A stretch of 57,661 nucleotides of DNA, from NCBI GenBank assembly GCA_027729805.1, contig JAQCEO010000004.1:1-57661 (forward strand), in the 5' to 3' direction. The position numbers were made by a program, and so were the translations under genes. This document shows positions 56,626 to 57,661 of this stretch, piece after piece. The first letter of the stretch is position 1. The number at the start of each line of letters is the position of its first letter. Below the pieces are notes generated by a model that worked only from the letters and a program-made list of their open reading frames with translations, did not search any database and had not been told where the DNA came from. The stretch is from Actinomycetota bacterium (GTDB lineage: Bacteria > Actinomycetota > Actinomycetes > S36-B12).

Positions 56626-57450
56626 ATGCACCGGTCCCTTCGCGGTTTCACCGCAGTAACTTTGGCTCTTGCGGTGCTTGCCGCAAATCCTGGCGGCGCC
56701 CAGGCAGCGCGGGGCGAGTTACCGAGTGTCGATATTTGGGTGGAGGATGCATCCGACAGGTTTGTCGGAACCGGGGGCCTGGTGCTTCCAGCGAGCGTGG
56801 CCACTGATACTCGCCGGGAAGTTGCCGAATGCACTGATTGCCGGTGGCGGTTGCGAGAGCCCTGCGCGGGGGTATTCGCCCCTGGCTGCATCATCATTTT
56901 ACATGCCTGCGCTGGGATAGATGAGCAGTTGCTGCGGGCCTGGCTTTCGCACGATGGCGGGGCGACGTGGCAAAACCGTGGCCTAATTTGTATATCAGAG
57001 GGTGGCCCGGTGACGGTGGCAGCAACGGGGGTGGCAATCCAGGATAATTTTGAACGCATTATGCCCCGGGGCCGTATCACTTTTCAGCCCGGGCGCGGAG
57101 TGCTGCCTTATCTACCGGTGATTTTCCACTCCGGCCAACCTCAGTCCGTGCCGCCCACCACGTATCAGGTGGCCGGGCAGGAGGTTGTGCTCTCGCCAAC
57201 CCCTAGGTGGGGGTGGGATTTCGGTGATGGCACCGGGCTTGCTACCCATCTTGCCGGCAGTGCGTATCCGGACCGCACGGTCGCGCACAGTTATGCGCGC
57301 GGCGGCCGCTTTGAGGTAGTGGTGACCACAATTTGGTCTGCCACCTTCACCGTTGCCGGCCTTGGGCCCTTTCCAATTCAGGCGCCGGTAACCCAAACCG
57401 AGACCACAGTGGTTCAAGTTGGGCAAGCCCGGGGCGTGCTGATCCCCTGA
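56626..57450 (+). CDS. secreted Cys-containing protein with C-terminal PKD-like beta domain
   Basis: Signal peptide (..AQA), CxxC plus further Cys, WGWDFGDG...YP...VAHSYARGGRFEVVVTTIWSATFTV. Confidence 0.7.
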   Translation: MHRSLRGFTAVTLALAVLAANPGGAQAARGELPSVDIWVEDASDRFVGTGGLVLPASVATDTRREVAECTDCRWRLREPCAGVFAPGCIIILHACAGIDEQLLRAWLSHDGGATWQNRGLICISEGGPVTVAATGVAIQDNFERIMPRGRITFQPGRGVLPYLPVIFHSGQPQSVPPTTYQVAGQEVVLSPTPRWGWDFGDGTGLATHLAGSAYPDRTVAHSYARGGRFEVVVTTIWSATFTVAGLGPFPIQAPVTQTETTVVQVGQARGVLIP

Positions 57451-57575
57451 CCGGCCCCCGCTGGACTGGACCCGATCGCCGCTGGCACAATGGGAGAGTT
57501 CACGCCCGTCCGAGCCATCTGGCTTGACACGGGCTCTTGTCGTGGGGAAGCGGGAGAAAGGCACTAGTCACAACA

Positions 57576-57661
57576 ATGGCATCGAAGAAGATTGCACCGA
57601 AGAAGGTTGCACCGAAGAAGGTTGCACCGAAGAAGGTTGCACCGAAGAAGGTTGCACCGAA
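57576..57661 (+). CDS. N-terminus of a basic protein with KKVAP repeats (truncated by window end)
   Basis: ATG 57576: MASKKIAPKKVAPKKVAPKKVAPKKVAPK... Confidence 0.7.
   Translation, partial: MASKKIAPKKVAPKKVAPKKVAPKKVAP
57584..57661 (+). repeat. 15-bp tandem repeat, at least 5 copies
   Basis: GAAGAAGATTGCACC followed by four exact GAAGAAGGTTGCACC copies; continues off the window. Confidence 0.97.

Noticed and set aside
57584-57661. CRISPR array
   Set aside because: Contiguous 15-bp units with no spacers, in frame with an ATG; no cas genes

Overview
GC-rich actinobacterial chromosome segment, densely coded and mostly housekeeping. The backbone follows the conserved Actinomycetes order: thyX-dapA-rnj-ftsK-(rodZ HTH)-rimO-pgsA-cinA-clgR-DUF3046-recA-recX, miaB-miaA-dapF-hflX-dinG, lexA/lysM-nrdR-nrdJ, then ppdK, a SAM-IV riboswitch ahead of metY-metX, and ppk2. 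Many genes look leaderless. No intact tRNA, rRNA, CRISPR array, integrase or transposase was found. The most interesting items are non-coding or scars. (1) An SD-preceded tri-cysteine uORF (MCCCRMTSR) lies between the SAM-IV riboswitch and metY, a possible two-input sulfur/SAM control element. (2) A ~1.45 kb relic island bounded by 15-bp direct repeats carries a tRNA 3'-end remnant, an OSBS pseudogene and a lipoprotein cupin with an altered metal site. (3) Two 5'-truncated genes (glutamine synthetase-like and SoxG/GcvT-like) are fused head-to-head at a resolvable breakpoint. (4) A candidate ~50-nt sRNA has a G-rich loop. (5) A divergent GT4 / PIG-L deacetylase pair is inserted in miaA-dapF. 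All product calls come from motif recognition by eye; no database search was run.
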